Source: an uncultured Ruminococcus sp.
GTDB taxonomy: Bacteria > Bacillota > Clostridia > Oscillospirales > CAG-272
Length of the DNA: 27,264 nt
Direction: 5' to 3'
Assembly (NCBI GenBank): GCA_964463025.1
Contig: CAYXAC010000001.1
Location: 1 to 27,264, forward strand
Below, one piece after another: positions 1 to 9,045 of this stretch. Every line of letters begins with the position of its first letter. Position 1 is the first letter of the stretch. The notes under the pieces were generated by a model. It had not been told where the DNA came from, did no database searches, and worked only from the letters and a program-made list of their open reading frames with translations. Position numbers and translations under genes: made by a program.

Positions 1-942
1 ATTGGCACCAGCGGTGCAAACTTCTTCTACCTCAGATATCAGCTCGATGACGTTGGTGACGTTACCTACAGCCATCAGCTCTACATATATGCAGAGAAGG
101 CAGGCGTGCATCAGCTCAACGGCAAGGATACGGTAATCAAGGCAGGTCTTAACAAGATTGACGTTACCTACATATCCGACGCTCCCACGAACAGTAATCC
201 TTATCAGATCAAGTTCAAGGAGTCGGGCGAATATTATGTTCTTCCCGTATTCACCGAGGTCAGCAGACTTGAGAAGATCGTTCTTTCGACCGAGTACGCT
301 AAAATCAACACGACGGATAACAAGACGGTTACTATAGTTCCCACCATAAACGGCAAGGACAACGCTGCTTTTGAGTGGACCTCCTCCAACCCCGCTGTTG
401 CGAGCGTAGCGGACGGCGTGGTTACTGCTGTCAGCGAGGGAAGTGCTATGATCACCGTTACTAGCGGTACTCTCAAGGCAACTGCTCTTATCATCGTAGA
501 GGGCGCAGAGGCTATTACGGGAACAACGCTCAGCTCCGGCAACAAGAGCGCGACGGTTGCTGCTCCTGGCAATTGGTTCTATCTTGCAGACGGTAAGTGC
601 TCGACCTACGAAAAGCCCATCATGGATTCTGACGGTTATATTCATCTTGCCATCAGCGCGATAGACTTGACTAACAACAAATACGTCTACCTCAGATATC
701 AGCCTACGGAGATTAAGTCTTACAAGGCAACTATCAGCATTGAATTTGCAGGCGAGAACGGTTCTGTTATAGAAATTACCGGCGGTGATGTTACCTCGGC
801 GGTTGCCGAGGTACTTAATAACGGTGCTAACAGCGTAGAGTTCAGCTTTACTGCCAACAGCACGAATCCGCTTCAGATCAAGTTCAAGGCGGTGGGAAGC
901 TACGTTGTAAAGGTTACTTTAAGCGAAAATACGGAGGGTTAA
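1..942 (+). CDS. C-terminal part of a surface protein: Ig-like (Big_2-type) domain flanked by two copies of an aromatic-rich beta domain; 5' end lies outside the window
   Basis: Frame 1 is open from base 1 (IGTSGANFFYLRYQLDD...) to TAA at 940-942, so the ORF-track start at 106 is not the real start. Big_2 signature FEWTSSNPAVASVADGVVTAVSEGSAMITVT. The motif YLRYQ...NP(Y/L)QIKFK..G.Y.V occurs twice. Confidence 0.75.
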   Translation: MGTSGANFFYLRYQLDDVGDVTYSHQLYIYAEKAGVHQLNGKDTVIKAGLNKIDVTYISDAPTNSNPYQIKFKESGEYYVLPVFTEVSRLEKIVLSTEYAKINTTDNKTVTIVPTINGKDNAAFEWTSSNPAVASVADGVVTAVSEGSAMITVTSGTLKATALIIVEGAEAITGTTLSSGNKSATVAAPGNWFYLADGKCSTYEKPIMDSDGYIHLAISAIDLTNNKYVYLRYQPTEIKSYKATISIEFAGENGSVIEITGGDVTSAVAEVLNNGANSVEFSFTANSTNPLQIKFKAVGSYVVKVTLSENTEG

Positions 943-948
943 TACAAA

Positions 949-1371
949 ATGAGTATATTTAATTTCAAAGTTTTCACTCGTCCCGGATTCTACATATCCA
1001 TAGTAGCAATAATAGCACTTCTTGCAGGAGCGCTTTCCTACACGAACGGCTTTACCGATCATTTGCTCGAATATAACGCACCTAACGTTTTGAATATTGC
1101 TCTCATCACCGTAGGCGCATATTTCGTAATCGCACTTATCGGTCCTCTCGCTAACCTTGCCCCCATAGCTCTGTTTGCCGGAGTTCTCGTTAGCCTTCTT
1201 GCTTACGTAAAGAACATTTATATGTACTTCACCGGTATATTCTACAACGGTGTCAGCGCAGAGGCATTTGCACTTATCGACCCCATCGTTATGACCAGCA
1301 CGGTTTGCTTCCTGGTTGCATTTGTAGTAAGTAACGTAGCCTTTTATTTCGGACATAGGGGAGGATATTGA
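949..1371 (+). CDS. Small integral membrane protein (about 4 TM helices), unknown function
   Basis: 140 aa with four hydrophobic stretches. GGAGG RBS inside the end of the upstream gene. Directly precedes the GH3 gene and ends in TGA. Confidence 0.75.
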   Translation: MSIFNFKVFTRPGFYISIVAIIALLAGALSYTNGFTDHLLEYNAPNVLNIALITVGAYFVIALIGPLANLAPIALFAGVLVSLLAYVKNIYMYFTGIFYNGVSAEAFALIDPIVMTSTVCFLVAFVVSNVAFYFGHRGGY

Positions 1372-1374
1372 TGT

Positions 1375-4300
1375 ATGGGCGCATTAAAAATTGCAAGCAA
1401 AATATTTCTCAACATTTTCATAATTCTTCTTGGTATTGCCGTTGTGGGCAGCGAAATTGCTCTTGTGAATGCAGGTGCTATCACCGCATTCCTCGGTCAG
1501 TCCACTCAGCAGACTATCAACGACGGCACAAGCGAAGCTATAATCAGGAATTTCTCCGATTACGGCAGCATCGCAGAGCTCAAGGCGGCTGCTAACGCAT
1601 TGACCGCACAGGTTACCGAGGAGGGCGCGGTTCTTCTCAAGAACGACGGTGCGCTTCCTCTCTCAAGCGGAGCAAAGGTCAGCCTTTACAGCTCCTCGTC
1701 GGTTAACTATATCTTCTCTGGCGGCGGATCGTCGTTCGCGAAGAGAGCCGAGGCAGTCAGCCTCAAGGACGGTCTTGAGCAGTCGGGACTCCAGGTTAAC
1801 GCAGAACTCTGGAACTGGTATGCGTCAAACGAAACCTATTTTGGTGACCACACGAGTAACACCAGCTCTGACAAGGCGGCTTATACGATCAAAGACGCAA
1901 GCTGGGCGAACATTTCCACTGACGCAAAGAATAATCAGGCAGATGCCGCGATCTTCGTGCTTTCGAGATACGGCACTGAGGCTACCGACCTCAAGATGTC
2001 TGGCGGCTCTGCTACCGATTACACTAACGGCAACTATCTTGAGCTTTCTCCCACCGAGATTGACGTACTGAAGAATCTCAAGTCCCTCAAGGATTCGGGA
2101 AAGATTTCCAAGATCATAGTTCTTCTCAACTCCGTAAACCAGGTTGAATGCGACTATATCGACAATCCTGCTTACGGCATTGACGCAGTTCTCTGGGTAG
2201 GCATCGGCGGCAGCTCCAGCACCGTCGGAGTAGGCAAGCTGCTTACAGGCGCGACCTCTCCCTCGGGCAAGCTTACCGACACCTATTGGAAGAGCCATCA
2301 TTACAACCCCGTTTACGCCAATTTCGGCAGATACGAGAACGAGGGTGAGATAATCAGCACCTCCAACAGCGGAAAGTCCAACAAGTACGTTGTATATCAG
2401 GAGGGTATTTACAACGGATACCGTTATACCGAAACCAGATACGAGGACCTCGTGCTCGGCAACGGTAACGCGGGTGACTTTAGTTATTCCGACGTAGTAT
2501 CCTATCCCTTCGGCTACGGCTTATCCTACAGTGATTTCAAGTATTCGAACTTTACAGTTCAGGAGAACACCGAGGACGATACCTATACGGTAAAGGTTAC
2601 CGTTAAGAACACCGGCAGCGTTGCCGCAAAGGAGAGCGTTCAGATTTACCTTCAGCAGCCCTACATCAGCGGCGGCATCGAGAAGGCGTCTGTTGAGCTC
2701 GTTGGCTACGCAAAGACGGGGCTTCTCCAGCCTGACGAAACCGAGGAGCTTACCGTTACCGTTGACGGCAGATGGTTCGCATCCTACGATGCATACGGTC
2801 ACCGCACCTACGTGCTTGACGCAGGCGATTATTACCTCACCGCCGCGAAGGACGCGCACAATGCGGTAAACAATATTCTCGAAGCCAAGAAGCTTGACGG
2901 CGTATCGGTAGATTCCTCCAAGATGGTTGGCACGGGTGACTCTACTCTCGTTTGGAAGACCACGAAGGAAGAGGATCTCACCACATATTCGGTAAGTAAG
3001 GTTACCGGCAACGCTATCACCAATCAGTTTGACAACGCAGACCTCAATCTCTACGAGGCGGCAAACAGCGTGAACTCTGTTACCTACGTATCGAGAAACG
3101 ATTGGACTGCTACCGTTAAGCTCGGCATGACTGAAAACCACAGCGTTCTTAATAACCAGGTAGTAGTTACCGTAACACCCGAGATGGTAGTGGACAGCCA
3201 GAAAATGTCCCAGAAGATTCAGACAGACGACGTAGCATATCCTACCTACGGCGCGCAGAACAATATTACGCTCGCATCGCTTATCACCATCGTTGACGGC
3301 AAGCCTTCGGTTGTTGCTTACGATGACGAAAGATGGGACGCACTCCTCGACCAGATGACCTGGGACGAAACGGTTATGCTTCTCTCCAACGGTCTTCGTA
3401 AGACCTACGGCGTTGACTCGGTCGGTAAGCCTGCAACCATTGACGGTAACGGTGCGCTCGGCCCTGTTGGCGGAACTACCTATTCGTATAGCGATAATGA
3501 GAACACCGCGAGCAACAGATTCGCATTCCTTTACAGCGATCCCGATATGGATTCCTCGCCCATTATGTATCCCAGCGCCTCTATCGTGGCGGCGGCAATG
3601 AACGACGAGCTTGCATACGAGCTCGGCAAGGTTGTCGGTGAGGACTGCTTGTGGCAGGGTTATTCGGGACTTTACGGTCTTGGCTGTAACCTTCACAGAA
3701 GCATCTACAACGGTAGAGCCTTCGAGTATTACAGCGAGGATCCCATCCTTTCCGGCTACATCACAGCAGCACAGGTAAAGGGTATTCGTTCCGAGGGCGT
3801 ATACGTTTATATGAAGCACGCTATCCTCAACGAGCAGGAAACCTTCAGAGAGGGCGTTAACACGTGGGCTAACGAGCAGTCTATAAGACAGCTTTACGCC
3901 CGTCCCTTCCAGATTGCTATTGAGGAAGCGGGTGCAGAGAATCTTATGACAGGCTTCAACAGAATCGGCGTTATCTGGACCAGCCAGCACGGATTTATCA
4001 ATAATGTGTTCAGAGATGAATTCGGCATGCAGGGCTTTGCCGTTTCTGACTATTGGCAGAATGGATATATGGATCTTGTAGGCGGTATTCTCGGCGGCTG
4101 CGCACTTCCCGACGGTGACACCGCGACCAGCGCTGACAAATCTGCTCTCTATAAGTATAGCGAGGGCTACGGCGAGCTCGCTTGGGCGATGAGAGAGGAA
4201 GCGCACAGAATTCTCTACGTAGTAGTAAACTCTATCGCAATGAATGGATATAGCGCATCGACGAGATTCGTTACGGTTACTCCTCAGTGGGTGAACGTTC

Positions 4301-4395
4301 TTATGGGTGCGAGAAGTGGTATAATCGCTTCCTTCGGTATCTGCGTAGTTATATACGTAGTAGTTGAGTTAGTTTCAAGAAGAAGGATATTCTAA
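1375..4395 (+). CDS. Glycoside hydrolase family 3 (beta-glucosidase/xylosidase-like), permuted order GH3_C - Fn3-like - GH3_N, with N- and C-terminal TM segments
   Basis: EEGAVLLKNDGALPL, SPSGKLTDT, VVYQEGIYNGYRY, YPFGYGLSY, KESVQIY, GRAFEYYSEDP, MKHAILNEQE and nucleophile region FAVSDY. Hydrophobic termini. GGAGG RBS near 1360. Confidence 0.93.
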   Translation: MGALKIASKIFLNIFIILLGIAVVGSEIALVNAGAITAFLGQSTQQTINDGTSEAIIRNFSDYGSIAELKAAANALTAQVTEEGAVLLKNDGALPLSSGAKVSLYSSSSVNYIFSGGGSSFAKRAEAVSLKDGLEQSGLQVNAELWNWYASNETYFGDHTSNTSSDKAAYTIKDASWANISTDAKNNQADAAIFVLSRYGTEATDLKMSGGSATDYTNGNYLELSPTEIDVLKNLKSLKDSGKISKIIVLLNSVNQVECDYIDNPAYGIDAVLWVGIGGSSSTVGVGKLLTGATSPSGKLTDTYWKSHHYNPVYANFGRYENEGEIISTSNSGKSNKYVVYQEGIYNGYRYTETRYEDLVLGNGNAGDFSYSDVVSYPFGYGLSYSDFKYSNFTVQENTEDDTYTVKVTVKNTGSVAAKESVQIYLQQPYISGGIEKASVELVGYAKTGLLQPDETEELTVTVDGRWFASYDAYGHRTYVLDAGDYYLTAAKDAHNAVNNILEAKKLDGVSVDSSKMVGTGDSTLVWKTTKEEDLTTYSVSKVTGNAITNQFDNADLNLYEAANSVNSVTYVSRNDWTATVKLGMTENHSVLNNQVVVTVTPEMVVDSQKMSQKIQTDDVAYPTYGAQNNITLASLITIVDGKPSVVAYDDERWDALLDQMTWDETVMLLSNGLRKTYGVDSVGKPATIDGNGALGPVGGTTYSYSDNENTASNRFAFLYSDPDMDSSPIMYPSASIVAAAMNDELAYELGKVVGEDCLWQGYSGLYGLGCNLHRSIYNGRAFEYYSEDPILSGYITAAQVKGIRSEGVYVYMKHAILNEQETFREGVNTWANEQSIRQLYARPFQIAIEEAGAENLMTGFNRIGVIWTSQHGFINNVFRDEFGMQGFAVSDYWQNGYMDLVGGILGGCALPDGDTATSADKSALYKYSEGYGELAWAMREEAHRILYVVVNSIAMNGYSASTRFVTVTPQWVNVLMGARSGIIASFGICVVIYVVVELVSRRRIF

Positions 4396-4396
4396 A

Positions 4397-6148
4397 GTGA
4401 AAAAATATAATAACAAATTAATAAAAAGCGTCGCGCTTTGCACACTCATTTGTATGTTGCTTTGCGCCCTCGCTTCCTGCGATATTCTCTTTGGCACGGG
4501 TACTAACCCGGGTCAGAATCCATCAGGCAACACCGGCGGTGGCGGCTCACAGAAGCCGCCCGCAACCGGCGGCACGGGCGACAAGGAAGAAGATGACGAT
4601 ACTATCTACTTCGACAAGGGTATTTTCTTCGACTCCGAGGCAACAGACGGCGGCGACGGAAGCTATGAGAAGCCCTACAATTCACTCGATGTTATCTCCA
4701 CTCTGGAGATTGCTCCCGGCTCGTACGTGTATATTAAGAAAGGCAGTCAGTTCTACGGCAGACTTGCCCTGCAGAACATACACGGCACCGAGGAAGCTCC
4801 TGTTGTAGTTACCGCTTACGGCGAGGGAGCTAGTCCCAAAATCGACGGTAACGACCTTTCGGGCAGTGGAGTGCTTTATATTTCAAATTGCAGCAATATT
4901 ACCGTAAAGAATCTTGAGATTTTCGATTCTGCCACCACCGAGGCTGACAGACGCGGCGTTCTTATCACGCTTGATAATAACAAGGGCACCGAGGAAATGG
5001 TTACCTACGAGAACATCAAGCTCGAGAAGCTTTATATTCACGACATTCTCGGCTTCCGCGATGCTGAGAACAGCGGTATGGCGCTCAGCTCCAAGATCAC
5101 GGGCGGTATTCACGTCTGGTCGAATGACGGACGCGGCAGAGTCGACGGTCTTGAGATCACCGATTGCCGCATCACCGAGGTTTCCAACGTTGGTATTGCA
5201 ACCTGGTATCAGATTATCAAGAATGACGACGGTAGCATTACCGTACCCAAGAAGAGTCCTTACAGCGATAGCTTCAAGAACTATGCTCACTGTAACGTAA
5301 GCATTGACAACAACGAGATCAACTTTATCGGCAAAAACGCTATCTTCGCCCGTCATCTTTACAAGGGCGTTATCGAATACAATGTTATTCACGACACGGC
5401 TATTCACTGCGTTTCCGGTAACACCATCGTTACCTCCTACGTTGACGGCACGGTTATCCAGTACAACGAGGGTTATCGCAATATGGCGAGAATCAACGAG
5501 TACACCGACAAGCTCCAGGACGGATGTATGCTTGACGCCGACCTTGCGAGCAAGGACACTATCTGGCAGTATAACTACTCGCACGATAACTCCTTCGGTC
5601 TTTTCATTAACTGTACCTACAACACCGATAACAACGGTCATGACAAGGCGATAGTAAGATACAATCTGTCGGTAAACGACAAGGGTAACAAGGGAATAAT
5701 TTACATAAATTATGAGTCCGGCGGTATCTACGTGTATAACAATACCATAGTTACCGGCTACGATACCCAGTATATCATTCAGTCGAACTCGAACAGAACC
5801 TCATTCTTCTACAACAACCTTATATACAACCGTTCTGCCGATGCTAAATTTGACGTTAAGTCTGGCTCTGGCATGACGGCGGCAAATAACCTTATATTCA
5901 ACGAATACGGCAGCAATATAGCAGATACCGATTATTTTGAATTGATAAACGTTAACGGTATCTACGATCTCGATCCCTTGTTCGTCGGATATCTTACCGA
6001 GGACAGCGTTATTGGTATAGATTATCAGAGCACCTATATGCTCGACAGCAAATCTCCTGCCCTGAACGTCGGCTATGACGTTGAGGCTGTTCCCGACTTC
6101 TTCGGCAATGCTCATAAAAAGTCAATAGGCTTCTATTGCGGCGAATAA
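4397..6148 (+). CDS. Lipoprotein with right-handed parallel beta-helix (pectin-lyase-like fold); putative polysaccharide lyase/hydrolase
   Basis: GTG start, lipobox ALASC, Gly/Asn-rich linker, then GDGSYEKPYNSL, PGSYVYIKKGSQF, PVVVTAYGEG, Asn ladders, DGCMLDAD...WQYNYSHDN, VYNNTI and DFFGN. Confidence 0.8.
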   Translation: MKKYNNKLIKSVALCTLICMLLCALASCDILFGTGTNPGQNPSGNTGGGGSQKPPATGGTGDKEEDDDTIYFDKGIFFDSEATDGGDGSYEKPYNSLDVISTLEIAPGSYVYIKKGSQFYGRLALQNIHGTEEAPVVVTAYGEGASPKIDGNDLSGSGVLYISNCSNITVKNLEIFDSATTEADRRGVLITLDNNKGTEEMVTYENIKLEKLYIHDILGFRDAENSGMALSSKITGGIHVWSNDGRGRVDGLEITDCRITEVSNVGIATWYQIIKNDDGSITVPKKSPYSDSFKNYAHCNVSIDNNEINFIGKNAIFARHLYKGVIEYNVIHDTAIHCVSGNTIVTSYVDGTVIQYNEGYRNMARINEYTDKLQDGCMLDADLASKDTIWQYNYSHDNSFGLFINCTYNTDNNGHDKAIVRYNLSVNDKGNKGIIYINYESGGIYVYNNTIVTGYDTQYIIQSNSNRTSFFYNNLIYNRSADAKFDVKSGSGMTAANNLIFNEYGSNIADTDYFELINVNGIYDLDPLFVGYLTEDSVIGIDYQSTYMLDSKSPALNVGYDVEAVPDFFGNAHKKSIGFYCGE

Positions 6149-6170
6149 TTATAATATAAAGGAGAGAAAA

Positions 6171-8975
6171 ATGAAAAAATTAGGTTTATTTATCCTTGCA
6201 GCGCTTATCGTAACGGCGATGAGCTCCTGCGTATTTCTCACTGCCGAGCATGAGCATCAGTTCGGCGACGAGTGGGTGAGCGACGACGCTTCCCATTGGC
6301 ATGTATGCTCGGGCGAGGAATGTACCGAGATTTCCGACAAGGCAGAGCACACCGGTGGCACCGCTACCGAGACCGAGAAGGCAAAGTGTGAGGTCTGCGG
6401 CGCTGAATACGGCGAGCTCAAGGCTCACGAGCACGCTTTTGGCGAATGGCAGCCTAAGACTCCCGCGACCTGTACCGCTACAGGTGTAGAAATCAGAACC
6501 TGTGCCTGCGGAGCAGAGGACGTTCGCGATGTTGCTAAGCTTGACCATAGCTATACCGAGGAAGTAGCGGACGAGAAGTATCTTGCAACCGCTAACTGCG
6601 GAGAGCAGGCTACCTATTACAAGTCCTGCGTATGCGGCGAGTGTGGAACTGACACCTTCGCATACGGTGACGTGATTGCTCATAACTATAGCGCGGTAGT
6701 TACCGCACCCACCTGTACCGAGGCAGGCTATACCACCTATACCTGTACCTGCGGCGATTCATATGTTTCTGATAACGTAGCGGCTCTTAATCATAATATG
6801 GTAAATGTGAGCGACGACACTCACCACTGGACCGAGTGTGACCGCGAGGGCTGTGACGAGGCTACCGAGAAGGTAGCGCACACTGCGGCATCTATCAGCG
6901 CGGTATGCAACAAGACCGACGCTATGCAGTACGACGTACTTACTTCAGCAGACTTTATCGTCAGCGCAACCTGCGAGTGCGGCAAGTCATATACCGTAAC
7001 CGATGGCATCACCGTTGAAAACGGCACTCTCGCACTTGGCGCAAACACCGTTACCGTTAAGGTAGGCGAGGCTTCTGCTGACGTTGCAGTTGAGGCAGTT
7101 AAGTTCAATAATGTTGTAAACGGTACACTTCTTGCAGATACGTATGTAAATTCCGGAAGCAATACGTCGAATTATTCCGCAAGAACCGATCTTTATATTT
7201 ATAACACAGGAACATACAGAGTTCTCTTCAGATTCAACTTCTCCGACGCACTTGGCAGTGAATATTATAACAACTTTAAGGATGAGGCAAAGGTACAGTT
7301 CACTTTCACAGTATCCAACGGTGTAGATTTGACCGACCTTCCTATTGTATTCAAATCGTACGGTGTATCTGACATAAGATCTAACGCTGATTTTACAGTA
7401 CTTACCTGGAAAAACTACAATTCCGAATATACTCTGGGTTGGGGTGATGATAACAATACCGTTCCGCTTCTCGCTTCGGAGCCTGTAGGAAACAGAGCTG
7501 TTTACGAAAACGGCAAGCTTGTAATCACCGTTACTCTCAGAGAGCTTGAGGGTTGCATAGATGAGAACGGTAACGCAATCTTCGTATTGCTTACTGCACA
7601 GAAGGACGTTAAGCCTGCAATCGCTTCTATGGAGAACACCGAATTTGCTGCTCCCGCTGTAAAGGTTATCTTCAACGAGGATCACGCTCACGCATATATC
7701 GAGGAAGTAGCAAATGCTGATTATTTGGCAACCGAGGCAACCTGTACTACAAAGGCTACTTATTATTACTCCTGCTCTTGCGGTGAAGCAAGTACCGCTA
7801 CATTCGAATCCGGTGAAGCTCTTGGACACTCCTTCAGCGAGTGGCAGACCCAGACTCCCGCTACCTGCCTTGAGGCAGAGGTTGAGGTTAGAGCGTGCGC
7901 TTGTGGTGTAGAGGAAACTCAGACCGGTGACGCAGCTCTTGGCCACGATATGCAGACCAAGTACGACGAAACTAATCACTGGACCGAGTGCTCTCGTTGC
8001 GACAAGGCTACCGAGACTGTAGCACACTTCGGCGGTGAGGCAACCGAGACCGAGCAGGCGACCTGTGAGGGCTGCGGTCAGAAGTACGGCGGTCTTGCAT
8101 CTCACGTACACGCATACGGCGAATGGCAGACCAGAACTGCTGCTACCTGTCTTGACGCAGAGCTTGAATACAGAAAGTGCGAATGCGGCGCAGAGGAAAC
8201 TCAGACCGGTGACGCAGCTCTTGGACACAATATGGAAACCAAGTACGACGCAGACAACCACTGGACCGAGTGCTCTCGTTGCGACGAGGCTACCGTCACC
8301 GAAGCACACGCAGGCGGTGAGGCAACCGAAACCGAAAAGGCAGTATGCTCCACCTGCGGTCAGTCCTACGGCGACCTCAAGGAGCCTGAGAAGCAGGAAT
8401 ATACTATCGCAGGTACTATCAAGGACGATACATACATTTATTCCAGTGGCAAGAATGGCGATTATACCGCAAAAACCGAGATGGGCACCTACTCCGATCA
8501 GTTTAGAGTATATTTGAGATACAATTTCAGCGATATTCTTAACAGTGCGGACTATGCAACCAGCAAAGATAATGCGAAAATTCAGTTCAGCTTTGCAGTT
8601 TCTACCGGTGCTGATCTTATTACGGATACTACCAAGTTTGCTTTCAGAGTATTCCCTGTAAATGATACTATTAAGGACATTGATTTTAAGAATGTTACCT
8701 GGAATAACGTGTCATCATCTGGTAGCTATCCTGATCTTGCTTGGGGTAATACTACCCAGCTTATAAGCAGTGAAACTATCGGTGACAAGGTTTCTTATGT
8801 TGATGGTATCATAACTATCACTATCGATTTCAGCGCAATAGAGTCTTGCATAGACACTACCACCGGTGATGCATTGTTTGTATTTGCAATTCCCGGTACT
8901 TCGGGCATCAAGGTCGCATCTATGGAAAATACCGACTTTGCAATTCCTGCAGTAAAATACGTCTACGAAAAATAA
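6171..8975 (+). CDS. Non-catalytic lipoprotein: Cys/His-rich repeat stalks plus two divergent DNRLRE/CBM96-like domains
   Basis: AAGGAG RBS and lipobox AMSSC. Many ATC..G.....CxCG and HWTEC..C repeats. Two ~190-aa domains (about 7113-7680 and 8403-8972) with DTY(V/I)...R...R(F/Y)NFS...TW.N...ASMEN...PAVK. Confidence 0.75.
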   Translation: MKKLGLFILAALIVTAMSSCVFLTAEHEHQFGDEWVSDDASHWHVCSGEECTEISDKAEHTGGTATETEKAKCEVCGAEYGELKAHEHAFGEWQPKTPATCTATGVEIRTCACGAEDVRDVAKLDHSYTEEVADEKYLATANCGEQATYYKSCVCGECGTDTFAYGDVIAHNYSAVVTAPTCTEAGYTTYTCTCGDSYVSDNVAALNHNMVNVSDDTHHWTECDREGCDEATEKVAHTAASISAVCNKTDAMQYDVLTSADFIVSATCECGKSYTVTDGITVENGTLALGANTVTVKVGEASADVAVEAVKFNNVVNGTLLADTYVNSGSNTSNYSARTDLYIYNTGTYRVLFRFNFSDALGSEYYNNFKDEAKVQFTFTVSNGVDLTDLPIVFKSYGVSDIRSNADFTVLTWKNYNSEYTLGWGDDNNTVPLLASEPVGNRAVYENGKLVITVTLRELEGCIDENGNAIFVLLTAQKDVKPAIASMENTEFAAPAVKVIFNEDHAHAYIEEVANADYLATEATCTTKATYYYSCSCGEASTATFESGEALGHSFSEWQTQTPATCLEAEVEVRACACGVEETQTGDAALGHDMQTKYDETNHWTECSRCDKATETVAHFGGEATETEQATCEGCGQKYGGLASHVHAYGEWQTRTAATCLDAELEYRKCECGAEETQTGDAALGHNMETKYDADNHWTECSRCDEATVTEAHAGGEATETEKAVCSTCGQSYGDLKEPEKQEYTIAGTIKDDTYIYSSGKNGDYTAKTEMGTYSDQFRVYLRYNFSDILNSADYATSKDNAKIQFSFAVSTGADLITDTTKFAFRVFPVNDTIKDIDFKNVTWNNVSSSGSYPDLAWGNTTQLISSETIGDKVSYVDGIITITIDFSAIESCIDTTTGDALFVFAIPGTSGIKVASMENTDFAIPAVKYVYEK
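7830..8390 (+). repeat. Intragenic tandem duplication, period 282 nt (94 aa), encoding Cys/His-rich modules
   Basis: Identical 33-mer AGAGGAAACTCAGACCGGTGACGCAGCTCTTGG at 7910-7942 and 8192-8224. Identical 27-mer CACTGGACCGAGTGCTCTCGTTGCGAC at 7977-8003 and 8259-8285. Outer boundaries are approximate. Confidence 0.85.
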
Positions 8976-8990
8976 TTAAACAACCCGATT

Positions 8991-9018
8991 TGGCAGGGGG
9001 AGCATTCTCCTCCTGCCA
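8991..9018 (+). promoter_or_regulatory. Intra-operon GC-rich stem-loop without a U-tract (possible mRNA stabiliser/processing site)
   Basis: TGGCAGGGGGAG-CATT-CTCCTCCTGCCA forms a 12-bp stem with one G-U pair and is followed by CTGTTAAAC, not poly-T. Confidence 0.6.
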
Positions 9019-9045
9019 CTGTTAAACTAAGGAAAATACAACAAA

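Noticed and set aside
7830..8390. CRISPR or DGR template/variable repeat interpretation of the near-identical DNA repeats
   Set aside because: The repeats are in-frame coding duplications, the differences are not adenine-specific, and no cas or reverse transcriptase gene is present.
6171..8975. Multiheme cytochrome interpretation of the Cys/His-rich protein
   Set aside because: No CxxCH motifs; the patterns are CxC and CxxCG with distant His residues.
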